This document shows positions 26,886 to 37,430 of a stretch of 64,000 bases of DNA, piece by piece. How positions within the stretch are numbered: the first letter of the stretch is position 1; every line of letters starts with the position of its first letter. The notes below the pieces were generated by a model. That model had not been told where the DNA came from. It made no database searches and worked only from the letters and a program-made list of their open reading frames with translations. The position numbers were made by a program, and so were the translations under genes. The DNA is from Alphaproteobacteria bacterium (lineage in GTDB: Bacteria; Pseudomonadota; Alphaproteobacteria; MPNO01): contig OZ219866.1 of the NCBI GenBank assembly GCA_964291675.2, positions 320,001 to 384,000 of the forward strand, given 5' to 3'.

Positions 26886-28925
26886 CTACCTCCGCCTTGG
26901 CGCGGGCGGGGCGTCGTCGATGAACCGGCGGGCCGCCCGGGCCTGGCGCGGGTCCGCCTTGCGGAGCGCCCGCCAGGCCGCTTCGGCGAGATCCGGCGCG
27001 CCCCCCCAGACGCCGGACTGGATGGCGAGGCGCAGGGCCTGCGGGTCCTCGGGCGCCATCGTCATCGCCCGGCGCGCATGCCCGGTCATCTCGGCGAAGC
27101 GCCCGGCGAGCTGCAGCGCGACCAGCAGCGAGAGCCTGGCGTTGATCGAGTTTGGGACCTGGCGCGCGGCCTGGCCGAGCAGGGCGATCGCGCCGTCGAA
27201 GTCGCGCGCCCGCGCCAGCAGCCGCCCGGCCTTGAGGAGCTGGCCGTGGTTCATCGCCGCGGCGCAGGCCCTGGACAGCGCATCGCGGTCGGGCTGTTGC
27301 GCCGCGCGCGGGCGGAACCCGTCCATCCGGGCGGCGCAGTCCGCGAACGCGCGGCCCAGCCGGCGGGTCACCCGGGCGGCGTTCGCATCCGCGCGCAAGT
27401 CGAGCAGCGCGCGCAGGCCCGCCAGCGGTATCGCCTCGAAACGCCCCTCGCCGCCGCCGACCGCGATGCCCACCAGCTCGCCGTCCCGGTCCACCAGGGC
27501 GCCGCCGCTGACCCCCGGCTGCATGCGCGCGCGCACGTGGAGCCGTCCGAGCGCGGCGCCCTCGGCCGGGTGCGCGATCAGCCCGCCCGGGGCGAAGACG
27601 CGCACCTGCTTGCGGGCGATGTCGGCCCCGACGGCGTAGAACGCGCCGTCCGAAAATTCCCCTTCGAGGTCCGGGATGGCCCCGTCGGGCAGACCCTCGA
27701 CCTCGAGCAGCGCCAGATCGCCGCGATAGGCGGACGGGACCACCCTTGCCTTCCTCGACCCGTCCGGGGTGTGGACCAGCGCATCCGGGCGGTCCGCGAC
27801 GACATGCCGGTTGGTGACCAGCAGCGCGGGGCCGATCCGCGTGGCGCTGGCCGCGGGGTCGAAGCCGGAGACCGGGAACACCGCCTGGCGCGCGCGGCAG
27901 ACCGGCGCCGGGTGGGGGCAGTCGCCGCGCGCCCGCGGCCTCTCCCGCGGCGCCGGCGGCTCGGGCGCGGCGCCGAGACGGAGCGCGGCGACGCGCCGTT
28001 GTCCGCCGCGCTCCACGGTGACCTCGACCGGCCCGCCGGGATCGCGAATGACGGCGAAGGCGGCGATCGAATCGCGCGGCGTGCGAACCCGGCGCGCGCC
28101 GATCTTCAGCACCGCGTCGCCCGGCGCGATGCCCGCCCGGGCCGCCGGACCGCCCCGCTCGACCGCGCGCACCACGGGCGCGGCCAGCCCGGCCAGCCGG
28201 TCGCGCGGGGCGGCGCGCAGAGCCCAGCCGGGCGACGGGTAGCGCACCGCGCCGTCGGCGACCAGCGCGTCGACGACGCGGAGCAGCAGCGCCGCCGAGA
28301 CCGCGAAGTTGACGCCGATATCGGTGTCCCCCTTGGAGGCGAAGATCGCCGACATCATGCCGACCAGCCGGCCGTCCGCGTCGACCAGCGCGCCGCCCGA
28401 GGTGCCCGGGTTCGACGCGGCGTCGGTCTGGACGAAGTCCTCCACCGGGTTGAACCCGGCATCGGTCACGTTCAGCGCCGACACCACGCCGCAGGTCACC
28501 GAGAGGCCCAGACCGAAGGCGTTGCCGATGGCGCAGACCGGCTGCGCCAGCCGCGGCGCGGGCGCGATCGCGACCGGGGTCGACGCGGCGTCGACGCCGA
28601 GCACGGCGATGTCGCTCGCCTCGTCGCCGGCGATCAGCCGGGCCGGCAGGATGCGCCCGTCGGACAGGCGAACGTCGATCCTTCTTGCCGGCTTGACCAC
28701 GTGCCAGGCCGTCGCGACGATCCCGGGCCGCAGCACCACGCCGCTCCCTTCCGGCGCGACGCCGGGACGACCGCCGCCGCCGCCCTGCGCCCGCCCGGGC
28801 CAGACCGGCAGCACCGAGACCACCGAATTCAGGGTCTCGGCGGGAAGCGCGAACGCCGGGCTCGGATGGGCGGCGAGCAACGCGAGCGGCAGCGCCGCCG
28901 CCCGGCAGACCCGCCGCCACCGCAT
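26886..28925 (-). CDS. HtrA-like serine protease: trypsin + PDZ + second trypsin + TPR-like tail
   Basis: TAWHVV/DIAVL/NPGTSGG; PDZ 'GPAARAGIAPGD'; TNRHVV/DLALL/QPGVSGG; helical repeat C-terminus. Confidence 0.85.
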   Translation of the reverse strand: MRWRRVCRAAALPLALLAAHPSPAFALPAETLNSVVSVLPVWPGRAQGGGGGRPGVAPEGSGVVLRPGIVATAWHVVKPARRIDVRLSDGRILPARLIAGDEASDIAVLGVDAASTPVAIAPAPRLAQPVCAIGNAFGLGLSVTCGVVSALNVTDAGFNPVEDFVQTDAASNPGTSGGALVDADGRLVGMMSAIFASKGDTDIGVNFAVSAALLLRVVDALVADGAVRYPSPGWALRAAPRDRLAGLAAPVVRAVERGGPAARAGIAPGDAVLKIGARRVRTPRDSIAAFAVIRDPGGPVEVTVERGGQRRVAALRLGAAPEPPAPRERPRARGDCPHPAPVCRARQAVFPVSGFDPAASATRIGPALLVTNRHVVADRPDALVHTPDGSRKARVVPSAYRGDLALLEVEGLPDGAIPDLEGEFSDGAFYAVGADIARKQVRVFAPGGLIAHPAEGAALGRLHVRARMQPGVSGGALVDRDGELVGIAVGGGEGRFEAIPLAGLRALLDLRADANAARVTRRLGRAFADCAARMDGFRPRAAQQPDRDALSRACAAAMNHGQLLKAGRLLARARDFDGAIALLGQAARQVPNSINARLSLLVALQLAGRFAEMTGHARRAMTMAPEDPQALRLAIQSGVWGGAPDLAEAAWRALRKADPRQARAARRFIDDAPPAPRRR

Positions 28926-28956
28926 GCGAGGCGTCTCCCGCGCCGGGCGGGACCTC

Positions 28957-29961
28957 CTACATGGCGCTTGCGGGGACCTTGACGCCAGCTTCCTTGTAGT
29001 AGCGCAGCGCCCCGGGGTGCAGCTTCATGTTCATCTGCTTGAAGGCGTTGCCGATGTTGATGGCGTCCTTGGCCCACGGGGCGACGGCGTGCATCTCGTC
29101 GATATGCTCCCAGAAGGTCCTGGTCATCTTGTAGATGACCTCGTCCGGGATCGCCTTCCGGGTGACCAGCCCGACCCAGGCGGCGATGGTCTGCACCGGC
29201 TTCTCGTTGGCCTGGTTGGCGCCGTAGACATCGGCCGGGAACTGGCCGCGGGTGCGCCCCGGGATCGCCATCACCTTCTTCATCGCAGGCTTCTCCCAGT
29301 CGGCGTCGGACGCGCCGAGGAAGCGGATCTTGTTGGTCAGCGCGACCTGGACGAAGTTGGACGAGGGCGGGTTGCCGGAGGCCACCAGAACGTCGATCTG
29401 GCGGTCCTGGAAGGCCTGCATGGCGGGCGAGAAGCCGAGCTTGACGACCTCGTAGTCCTTGCCCGGCTCCAGCCCGCTGATCGCCCTGGCGAAGCCGCCG
29501 GCGACCACGCGCTGCACCGCGGCGGGCGGGCCCAGAAACACCCGCTTGCCCTTGAGGTCGGCCATCTTCCTGATGCCCGAATCCTCATAGACGCCGAACT
29601 GGTAGAAGCCGATCCGGTAGTTGAACACCGCGCGCAGATTGCCGGCGAGCTCCTTGGCGTTCTTCACCTTGGCGAACATCGCCTTGCCGTGCGACATCAG
29701 GTGGTGAAGCGCCGGCGCCCCCATCAGGAAGTCGGTCTTGCCGCGCGCCGCGTCGAGCGCGTGACGCGGCGCCGCGCCCGTCGCGTTGACCTGGATCTCG
29801 ATGTCCGGGTTGTATTTCTGGACCAGCTTGGCGAACGTCGTGTTGATGGCGAACGGCGTCGGCAGGCTGATCGTCGACATCCGGTAGAATTCCTTGGCAT
29901 GGGCGCCGCCGACAAGGCCGGCCGCCAGCGCTGCGATTGCCAGTGTTGCGAGTGTTCTCAT
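28957..29961 (-). CDS. TAXI family TRAP solute-binding protein
   Basis: Signal peptide; 'DLKGKRVFLG' and 'LHPGALRYYKEAG'. Confidence 0.92.
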   Translation of the reverse strand: MRTLATLAIAALAAGLVGGAHAKEFYRMSTISLPTPFAINTTFAKLVQKYNPDIEIQVNATGAAPRHALDAARGKTDFLMGAPALHHLMSHGKAMFAKVKNAKELAGNLRAVFNYRIGFYQFGVYEDSGIRKMADLKGKRVFLGPPAAVQRVVAGGFARAISGLEPGKDYEVVKLGFSPAMQAFQDRQIDVLVASGNPPSSNFVQVALTNKIRFLGASDADWEKPAMKKVMAIPGRTRGQFPADVYGANQANEKPVQTIAAWVGLVTRKAIPDEVIYKMTRTFWEHIDEMHAVAPWAKDAINIGNAFKQMNMKLHPGALRYYKEAGVKVPASAM

Positions 29962-31907
29962 GGCTTCGAAGCCTCCTTGGGATCCGCATCCGGTGACGGG
30001 GGGCCTCCGCCGCCCCCGTTCTCGCCGCCAAATCTAGCACTTCGCGCCCGCCGGGACTCGACAAACAGCAACGCGATCGACAGCGCGACGGCGGCGACCT
30101 GGAGTTCGGTCATGCCGTGCAGCGCACCGATGCCGAGCGCGAGCCGCGCCGCCCGGGACCAGGGCGGCAGGCGGGTCCGGTCGACGCCGCCGAGCGCCGT
30201 GGTCATCAGCCAGATCGCGAGCCCGAGCCGCGCCACCACCCAGAGGAAGGGCAGGGTCTCGAAGCCGACCACCAGAGACAGCGACGGGTTGTAGACGAAC
30301 ACGAAGGGGACGATGAACCCGACGAAGGAGAGCTTGAGCGCCTGCACCGCCGTGGTCATCGGGTTGGCGCCGGCGATCGGCGCGGCGGCGTAGGCGGCGA
30401 TGGCCACCGGCGGGATGATCGCCGACAGCACCCCGTAATAGACCACGAACAGGTGCACCAGGATCTTGGGCACGCCGAGGTTCTCGATGGCCTGGCCCAT
30501 GATCAGCACGATGATCAGATAGGCCGGGATGGTCGGCAGGCCCATGCCGAGTATCACGCTGGTCGCCGCGACCAGGAACATGGCGAAGAACAGGTCGGTC
30601 CCGGCGAAGGCGAGGATCATGTTGGAGAACCGGATGCCGAGCCCGGTCAGGTTCATCACGCCGACGATGATGCCGATGGCGGCGACCGCGACCATGATGC
30701 GCCCGCATTGCTCGCCGCCCCGGACCAGCGCCGTGAGATAGATCCGCGGCTTGCGGCGCACCTCCGGGTTCATCAGCCCCAGCGCGGCACCGACGGCGGT
30801 GGCCCACAGCCCGGCCATGGCCGGCGACCGTCCGGTCACCAGCACGCCGATGATGACCAGGATCGGGATGACGAACATCAGCGACATCCACCAGTCCCGG
30901 CGCGACACCCTGGCGCGCTGCGAGCGCGGGATCGCCTCGATGCCGCTGCGCGCGGCCTCCACCCAGACGGCGACGAACAGGCTGGCGTAGTAGAACAGCG
31001 CCGGCATCAGCGCGGCAGCGATGATCACCACGTAGGGGATGCCGGTGACATCGGCCATCACGAAGGCGACCGCGCCCATCACCGGCGGCATGAACTGCCC
31101 GCCGGACGACGCCGCCGCCTCGACCCCGCCGGCGAACGAGCTCTTGAAGCCGCGCTCCTTGATCATCGGGATGGTGAACACGCCGGTGCCGACGACGTTG
31201 GCCGAGACGCTGCCGGAGATGGTGCCGAAGAACCCGCTGGCGGCGATCGCCGCATGGGCGGGCCCGCCCCTGAGCCCGCCGGTGAGGCTGACCGCGATGC
31301 GCAGCAGCACCGCGCCGGCCCCGGTCGCCTCCAGCACCGCTCCGAAGACGATGAAGATGAAGATCAGCGAGATGACGGTGATCACGATAAAGCCGAACAC
31401 GCCGTCGAAGGAGTACCAGACGGTCCGCATCACGGTCTCGAGGTCGTAGCCGGCATGGGCGAAGATCCACGGCAGGTCCTCGCCGAACAGGGCGTAGGCG
31501 ATGCACAGCAGCGACAGGGCCGCGAGCGGCCAGCCGAAGGCGCGCCGGGTCAGCTCCAGCACCGCGAGCAGCCCGCCGGCGCCGACCAGGATGTCGAGGG
31601 GCAGGAAATCGTAGAGCCCGCTCTCCAGCTCGTCGTAGACCGAGGCGAACCAGTAGAGCGAGAGCGCCATCAGGAAGATCAGCGCCCCGTCGATGGCGAG
31701 CAGCGCGGCCCGCACCGCGCCCCGCCCCGACCGGTAGAGCCGGACCAGCGGAACCGTGAGGGCGACCAGGATGACCGACGCGCCGACGGTGACCGAGCGC
31801 TGGTAGATCTCGTCGATCACCCCGAAGGCCGCGGTATAGACCGCCATCGCGGCGATGCCGAAGGCGATCGCCCCGATCGGCCAGCGCGCGATGCCGATGC
31901 CCGGCAA
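29958..31907 (-). CDS. TRAP fused permease (4TM/12TM)
   Basis: 'GGPAH', 'SGSVSANV', '[16 protein letters not shown]', 'GMGLPT' and '[11 protein letters not shown]'. Confidence 0.93.
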   Translation of the reverse strand: MPGIGIARWPIGAIAFGIAAMAVYTAAFGVIDEIYQRSVTVGASVILVALTVPLVRLYRSGRGAVRAALLAIDGALIFLMALSLYWFASVYDELESGLYDFLPLDILVGAGGLLAVLELTRRAFGWPLAALSLLCIAYALFGEDLPWIFAHAGYDLETVMRTVWYSFDGVFGFIVITVISLIFIFIVFGAVLEATGAGAVLLRIAVSLTGGLRGGPAHAAIAASGFFGTISGSVSANVVGTGVFTIPMIKERGFKSSFAGGVEAAASSGGQFMPPVMGAVAFVMADVTGIPYVVIIAAALMPALFYYASLFVAVWVEAARSGIEAIPRSQRARVSRRDWWMSLMFVIPILVIIGVLVTGRSPAMAGLWATAVGAALGLMNPEVRRKPRIYLTALVRGGEQCGRIMVAVAAIGIIVGVMNLTGLGIRFSNMILAFAGTDLFFAMFLVAATSVILGMGLPTIPAYLIIVLIMGQAIENLGVPKILVHLFVVYYGVLSAIIPPVAIAAYAAAPIAGANPMTTAVQALKLSFVGFIVPFVFVYNPSLSLVVGFETLPFLWVVARLGLAIWLMTTALGGVDRTRLPPWSRAARLALGIGALHGMTELQVAAVALSIALLFVESRRARSARFGGENGGGGGPPSPDADPKEASKP

Positions 31908-31912
31908 GCCGG

Positions 31913-33664
31913 CTACCTCCCGGCCGGGGAGTCGACGCGGACGGTCACCACGTCGGTGTCGTGGTATTGCTGGTGGTGAACCGACGAGGCGACATGGCGC
32001 AGCAGGCGCAGCGAGACCTCGCGCTCGGCCGGGGCTTCCTCGGCCCGTTCGCCGAGCAGCGCGATCCGGTCCTGCAAGTTCTCCTCGCCGGGCGCGGCGA
32101 TGAATTCGAGGATCGCGCCGCCGCCCTCGCGGTGGGCGGTGAGCAGCAGGCGCCGCCGCACGGGGTCCTGGTCTTCCTCGTCCCGGCGCAGCAGGGTCAG
32201 CAGCGTCTCCTCGGCGGCGGCGTCGAGGCGATGCGTCATCGCCCCGTCCCAGCCGCTGCGCGCGGCGAACCCGGCGAGGAACTCCCTGATCCGCGGCAGC
32301 TCGGAGATCTCGAAGCTCACCTGGATGCGGCCGCGGCGGGGCGCGGTGAGCTCCACGAAGAGCGTCATCAGGATGGCCACCAGCCCGCCCGCCGTCATGC
32401 CGTTCTCCAGCAGCCCGCCGGCGAAGTCGGAGAAGAACTCGGGGTAAATCAGCCCGTTCTGGAAGCCGACCCCGGCCCAGAACGAGACGCCGACGATCAG
32501 CCCCTTGCGGTAGTCGACCCCGTCCTGGATCACGATCTTCATGCCGAGCACGAACAGCATGGCGAGCAGCACCGTGACATAGGCGGCGGCGACCGGGCCC
32601 GGTATCGCGAGCACCACGGCGAGCGCCTTGGGCAGGAAGGCGACGGCGACGAAAACGATGCCGAGGGCGATGCCGACGCGGCGCGAGGCGACGCCGGTGA
32701 GCTCGGTGACCGAGACGCTCGTCGAATAGGTCGTGTTGGGCACCGTCGCGGCGAGGCCCGACAGCAGGTTGCCCACGCCGTCCGCCGCCACCGCGCCCTG
32801 GACGGCGCGGAAGTCGACCGCCCGCTTCCGCCGCCAGGAGACGCCCTGGATCGCCACCGCGTCGCCCACCGTCTCGATGGCGCCGACCAGGGTGACGAAG
32901 ACGAAGCCGGGAAGCAGCGCCCAGAACACCGTCCCGAAGCCGAGATCGAGCCCGGGCCAGGCGCCGCCGGGAAGGCCGATCCAGGCGGCTTCCGCGACCC
33001 GCCCCGTGTCGTAGAGCCCGTAGAACCCGGCGACGAAAGAGCCCGCGACCACCCCGATGACCGGCGCCCAGAGGCGCAGCGCCCCCCGCGCCTTGAGCGC
33101 GATGCCGACGATCGCGACCACGGTGGCGAGCGCGCTCAGCGGGCCGGCCAGCGCCGGGCCGCCGTCCGGCACGTGCTTCAGCATGTCGAAGATGATCGGC
33201 ATCACGGTGACCGGTATCAGCATGATCACCGTCCCGGCGACGCTCGGGGTGAGCACCCGGCGGAACAGGGAGAGCCGGGCGGCGAGCGCGAACTGGAACA
33301 GCGCGGAGACCGCGACCAGCGTCGCCAGCATGGCCGGGCCGCCCTTGGCGAGCGCCGCGACGCAGATCGCGATGAAGGCGCCCGACGTACCCATGGCGAG
33401 CACGTAGCCGGCGCCGACCCGGCCCAGCCTGACCGCCTGCAAGACCGTGGTCGCGCCGCTGATGGCGACCGCGGCGAACACCGCCCAGGTCAGGAAATCC
33501 TCGGCCCCGCCGGCGGCGCGCACCACGATCGCCGGCGTCAGCACGACGCCGCCCAGGGTGAGCACGGCGAGCTGCAGCCCGAGACCGAGGGCGAGCGCCG
33601 GCGGCGGTTTCTCGTCCGCCTCGTATCGGATGCCGGCGGTCCCGCCGCCGTCTTCGCTCGTCAT
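31913..33664 (-). CDS. NCS2 xanthine/uracil permease fused to a C-terminal RsbW/HATPase-like domain
   Basis: 'YEADEKPP', 'TVLQ', 'AIETVGD' and '[17 protein letters not shown]'; soluble tail of about 135 aa. Confidence 0.85.
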   Translation of the reverse strand: MTSEDGGGTAGIRYEADEKPPPALALGLGLQLAVLTLGGVVLTPAIVVRAAGGAEDFLTWAVFAAVAISGATTVLQAVRLGRVGAGYVLAMGTSGAFIAICVAALAKGGPAMLATLVAVSALFQFALAARLSLFRRVLTPSVAGTVIMLIPVTVMPIIFDMLKHVPDGGPALAGPLSALATVVAIVGIALKARGALRLWAPVIGVVAGSFVAGFYGLYDTGRVAEAAWIGLPGGAWPGLDLGFGTVFWALLPGFVFVTLVGAIETVGDAVAIQGVSWRRKRAVDFRAVQGAVAADGVGNLLSGLAATVPNTTYSTSVSVTELTGVASRRVGIALGIVFVAVAFLPKALAVVLAIPGPVAAAYVTVLLAMLFVLGMKIVIQDGVDYRKGLIVGVSFWAGVGFQNGLIYPEFFSDFAGGLLENGMTAGGLVAILMTLFVELTAPRRGRIQVSFEISELPRIREFLAGFAARSGWDGAMTHRLDAAAEETLLTLLRRDEEDQDPVRRRLLLTAHREGGGAILEFIAAPGEENLQDRIALLGERAEEAPAEREVSLRLLRHVASSVHHQQYHDTDVVTVRVDSPAGR

Positions 33665-33781
33665 GCCCCGGCCCCGGTCGGAGGAAGAGAATCGCGCAGA
33701 CTATGGCATATTGCGCCCGCCCGCGGGCAGGGCCCGCGGATTCGCAAGCACATCCGCTCGACCGGAACGAAGAGGCCTCTC

Positions 33782-34072
33782 ATGCCGATGAAGAACCCGC
33801 CCCATCCCGGGCTGTCGGTGCGCCACGACTGCCTGGAACCGCTCGGACTCAGCGTGACCGAAGCCGCGCGCGGGCTCGGTGTCAGCCGCAAGCAGCTCTC
33901 CGGCCTCGTCAATTGCCGGTCCGGCATCTCGCCGGAGATGGCGATCCGCCTCGACAAGGCCTTCGGCGGCGGGGCGGAGACCTGGTACCGGCTGCAGGCG
34001 GCCTGGGACCTCGCGCAGGCGATGAAGCAGGCGCACCGGATCGAGGTGGATCGTCTGACGACCGCCGGCTGA
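33782..34072 (+). CDS. higA: HigA family antitoxin with no adjacent toxin
   Basis: 'MKNPPHPG...[18 protein letters not shown]...[13 protein letters not shown]...W..LQ'. Confidence 0.92.
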   Translation: MPMKNPPHPGLSVRHDCLEPLGLSVTEAARGLGVSRKQLSGLVNCRSGISPEMAIRLDKAFGGGAETWYRLQAAWDLAQAMKQAHRIEVDRLTTAG

Positions 34073-34082
34073 AGCGGGCTGG

Positions 34083-34568
34083 CTAGGAGCCGAGCGCAGG
34101 CGTCGCCACGGCCTGGCCGGGCCGGATGCCGAGCCGCGCCGCCGTCCCGGCGTTCAGCTCGAGCACCGCGCGCACCGTGCCGCGGGACGGGATGTTCTCC
34201 GTCGACAGCGGCACCGTGCGTTGGACGATCTGCGAGATCCGCCCGCTCGGCGCGATGAAGATCATGTCGAGCGGGATATAGGTGTTGCGCATCCACATCG
34301 AGACCGGCCGGGGCGGGTCGTAGACGAACAGCATCCCGGCATCGGCCGCCAGCCGGCGGCGGAACATCAGCCCTTGCGCATGCTCGCGGGGGGTCCGGGC
34401 GACCTCCACGGTGAAGCGGTGCAGCTTTCCCCCGGCCGCTATGGCGAGGCTCGTTCTGGCGAACTTGGCGAGCGCGCGCTGGGCGGCGGCCGGAGCGGCC
34501 ATGAGGCCGGCGAGACAGGCGGCTAGGCCGAGCGCCACCTGCCGGCGACACACCGGCGGCCCGTTCAC
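34083..34568 (-). CDS. DUF192 family protein
   Basis: 'VEVART...QGLMFR', 'GMLF', 'MWMRNTYIPLDMIF' and 'VLELNAG'. Confidence 0.92.
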   Translation of the reverse strand: MNGPPVCRRQVALGLAACLAGLMAAPAAAQRALAKFARTSLAIAAGGKLHRFTVEVARTPREHAQGLMFRRRLAADAGMLFVYDPPRPVSMWMRNTYIPLDMIFIAPSGRISQIVQRTVPLSTENIPSRGTVRAVLELNAGTAARLGIRPGQAVATPALGS

Positions 34569-34594
34569 GGCAAGGCGACGCCCCCAACCGGGCG

Positions 34595-35158
34595 CTAGAC
34601 GAACTGCTCGACGCTCCCCGGACCGGGCAGCCTGATCTCGACCGCCTGCATCCCCTTTGGCCCCTGCGCCGTCTTGACCATCACCTTCTGCCCGGTCACC
34701 AGCCCGGCCAGGTTGGCGCGGCGCAACGTCACCATGTGGATGAAGACGTCGAGCTGCGTGTCGTCCGGACACACGAAACCATAGCCCTTGTGCGGGTTGA
34801 ACCATTTGACGGTGGCCATTTCGAAGTCGCCATGCACCTCGGGATGGGCGGGCGAAACGGCGGGCGGGCCGCGCTCGAACCCCCCCTCGCCCTCGGGTAT
34901 CGCCGTCGAGAGGTCGACCGTGAGGATCGACTGGACCTGAAGCCCCTTGGCCGCCTGGACCGTCTCGCACTCCACGGTCGAACCCACCGGAAGCTTGTCC
35001 AGGCCGGCCTGACGCAGCACCGTCATGTGAAGAAAGACGTCGCCCGACGCATCCTCCGGCGTGACGAAGCCGTACCCCTTGACCGCGTTAAACCACTTAA
35101 CCGTACCCCGCATACGGGACGAGGCAACTTGTTCGCCCCCGTCGTGAGACTCCGACAC
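34595..35158 (-). CDS. cold-shock protein with two CSD domains
   Basis: Two 'VKWFN..KGYGF...DVF.H' repeats. Confidence 0.93.
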   Translation of the reverse strand: MSESHDGGEQVASSRMRGTVKWFNAVKGYGFVTPEDASGDVFLHMTVLRQAGLDKLPVGSTVECETVQAAKGLQVQSILTVDLSTAIPEGEGGFERGPPAVSPAHPEVHGDFEMATVKWFNPHKGYGFVCPDDTQLDVFIHMVTLRRANLAGLVTGQKVMVKTAQGPKGMQAVEIRLPGPGSVEQFV

Positions 35159-35384
35159 GACGAATTCTCCCTGAAAAAATTTTTGTTTTGGTTACATTGG
35201 TACCAATTTGGAGAGAATAGCATTATTGCTCCATGCGGTGCCAATACTTTCGTGGGGCGGTTTCCGGCAGGGGCGGCACTTTGGGCTGGTCAACCGGATG
35301 GCCGCGGATTAGGGTTCGCGGACGCGCGATCGGCCCGGGGACGCGGCGCCGAACGTCGACGGTCATGTCTGCGACAGGGCGGTA

Positions 35385-35861
35385 GTGGTTCACGCATTAT
35401 CTCTGGGTTGTGTGCTGTTCGGCACCTGGCTACTGCTTTCCGGCCATTACGATCCGCTGCTCATCGGGCTCGGGCTCGCCTCCTGCGCGACCGTGGTCTA
35501 CTTCACCCACCGGATGGACGTGATCGACCATGAGGGGCACCCGGTCCACCTGACCTGGCGCGGGGCGGTCTACTGGCCCTGGCTGATGGCCGAGATCGGC
35601 AAGGCCAATATCGACGTGGCCCGGCGCATCCTGACGCCCGGCCGGTCGATCAGCCCGACCCTGCTGCGCGTCCGCGCCAGCCAGTCGACCGATCTCGGCC
35701 GGGTGATCTTCGCCAACTCGATCACGCTCACCCCGGGCACCGTGTCGGTCGATGTCGGCGCGGGCGAAATCCTGGTCCACGCGCTCTCGCGCGACGGCGC
35801 CGAGGAGCTGGCGCGCGGCGAGATGGACCGCCGGGTGACCCGGATGTCGGGCGGCGGCTGA
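35385..35861 (+). CDS. mnhE: Na+/H+ antiporter subunit E
   Basis: 'ANSITLTPGT' and 'VHAL'. Confidence 0.92.
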   Translation: MVHALSLGCVLFGTWLLLSGHYDPLLIGLGLASCATVVYFTHRMDVIDHEGHPVHLTWRGAVYWPWLMAEIGKANIDVARRILTPGRSISPTLLRVRASQSTDLGRVIFANSITLTPGTVSVDVGAGEILVHALSRDGAEELARGEMDRRVTRMSGGG

Positions 35862-36127
35862 TGTTCACCGCCGCCGCCATCGGGCTGGTCGCGGCCATGG
35901 CGCTGGCGCTCGCCCGCGCGCTGCTGGGGCCGACGCTGTACGACCGCATCCTCTCGGTCAACACGTTCGGCACCAAGACGGTGCTGATCCTCGCCGTCGT
36001 CGGCTTCCTGTTCGGCCGGCCCGAGTTCCTCGACATCGCGCTCGCCTACGCGCTGATCAACTTCATCGGCACCATCGCGGTGCTCAAGTTCTTCAAATAC
36101 GGCGACCTCGGCGGCACCGGCGGCTGA
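35861..36127 (+). CDS. mnhF: Na+/H+ antiporter subunit F
   Basis: 'GPTLYDRIL' and 'DIALAYALINF'. Confidence 0.92.
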   Translation: MFTAAAIGLVAAMALALARALLGPTLYDRILSVNTFGTKTVLILAVVGFLFGRPEFLDIALAYALINFIGTIAVLKFFKYGDLGGTGG

Positions 36128-36459
36128 TGGCGCTGGTCCTCGACATCGCGAGCTGGGTCCTGCTGCTGGGCGGCGGCGCGCTGGTGGCGATCGGCGGGAT
36201 CGGCATCGTGCGCTTTCCCGACGTCTACACGCGGAGCCACGCGGCCGGCGTCACCGATACCGGCGGCGCCGGGCTGATCCTGATCGGGCTCATGCTGCAG
36301 GGCGGCGCGACCCTGGTGACCGTGAAGCTGATCATGATCCTGGTGTTCATCTTCTTCACCAGCCCCACGGCGACCTTCGCGCTGGTCCATGCCGCCTATG
36401 AGAGCGACGAGGAGCCGGAGCTCGACCACGACCTCCGGGACGGGGAGGCGGAGCTCTGA
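36127..36459 (+). CDS. mnhG: Na+/H+ antiporter subunit G
   Basis: 'RFPDVYTRSHAAG' and 'TSPTA'. Confidence 0.92.
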   Translation: MALVLDIASWVLLLGGGALVAIGGIGIVRFPDVYTRSHAAGVTDTGGAGLILIGLMLQGGATLVTVKLIMILVFIFFTSPTATFALVHAAYESDEEPELDHDLRDGEAEL

Positions 36460-37016
36460 ACGAGGCCGTCAACATCGTCATCCTCCTGTTCATGGCGGTC
36501 GCGGTGATCGGCATCGTCAGGGCGCGCAACCTGTTCGTCGTGGTCATGCTGGCCGGGATCTACAGCCTGCTGGCGGCGACCATCTTCGTAATCCTCGATG
36601 CGGTCGACGTGGCCTTCACCGAGGCCGCGGTCGGCGCCGGCATCTCGACGGTGCTCTTCCTCGGCACGCTCGCGCTCACCACCAGCGAGGAGAAGAAGCC
36701 GGTCCACAACGCCTGGATCTCGCTCGCCGTGGTCGCGGTGACCGGCGCGGTGCTGATCTACGGCACGCTCGACATGCCGCGCTACGGCGATCCGGCGGCG
36801 CCCGCCAACCACCACGTGGTCCCCGAATATCTCGAAGCCGGGCCGGAGAAGACCGGCATTCCCAACGTGGTCACCGCGGTGCTGGCGAGCTACCGCGGCT
36901 ACGACACGCTGGGCGAGGTGACGGTGATCTTCACCGCGGGCATCGGCGTGGTGCTGCTGCTCGGGCGCTGGCGCGCGCATCGCCGCGAGACCGAGGCGGC
37001 GGAGGAGGAGGCATGA
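36456..37016 (+). CDS. DUF4040/MnhB-N antiporter subunit
   Basis: 'DAVDVAFTEAAVGAG' and 'NVVTAVLASYRGYDTLGE'; start probably CTG at 36456 (otherwise ATG at 36492). Confidence 0.85.
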   Translation: MNEAVNIVILLFMAVAVIGIVRARNLFVVVMLAGIYSLLAATIFVILDAVDVAFTEAAVGAGISTVLFLGTLALTTSEEKKPVHNAWISLAVVAVTGAVLIYGTLDMPRYGDPAAPANHHVVPEYLEAGPEKTGIPNVVTAVLASYRGYDTLGEVTVIFTAGIGVVLLLGRWRAHRRETEAAEEEA

Positions 37017-37429
37017 GGGATTTGCTGATCCTCCGCGTCGTCACCAAGCTGCTGATGCCGTTCATCCTGATCTTCGCGCTCTATGTGCAGTTCCACGGCG
37101 ATTACGGGCCGGGCGGCGGTTTCCAGGCCGGCGTGATCTTCGGCGCCGGGTTCATCCTCTACGGGCTGGTCTTCGGCCTCGACGATTTGCGCGGCGTGCT
37201 GTCGTCCGGCGTGCTGCGCGCCGGGTTCGCCCTCGGCCTGCTGATCTTCGCCGGCGTCGGCGTCGCCGGGCTGATGCTGGGCGGCAACTATCTCGACTAC
37301 AACGTCCTCGCCCGCGACCCGGTGCACGGCCAGCATCTCGGCATCCTGCTGATCGAGTTCGGCGTCGGCCTCACCGTCGCCTCGGTGATGGTGTCCATCT
37401 TCTACTACTTCGCCGGGCGGGAACGCTGA
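37013..37429 (+). CDS. mnhB: Na+/H+ antiporter subunit B
   Basis: 'HGDYGPGGGFQAG'. Confidence 0.92.
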   Translation: MRDLLILRVVTKLLMPFILIFALYVQFHGDYGPGGGFQAGVIFGAGFILYGLVFGLDDLRGVLSSGVLRAGFALGLLIFAGVGVAGLMLGGNYLDYNVLARDPVHGQHLGILLIEFGVGLTVASVMVSIFYYFAGRER

Positions 37430-37430
37430 G

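Noticed and set aside
33701-33712. CTATGGCATATT shared with 24623, upstream of two different antitoxin genes
   Set aside because: Adequately explained as an extended -10 element or chance; the two antitoxins are unrelated families
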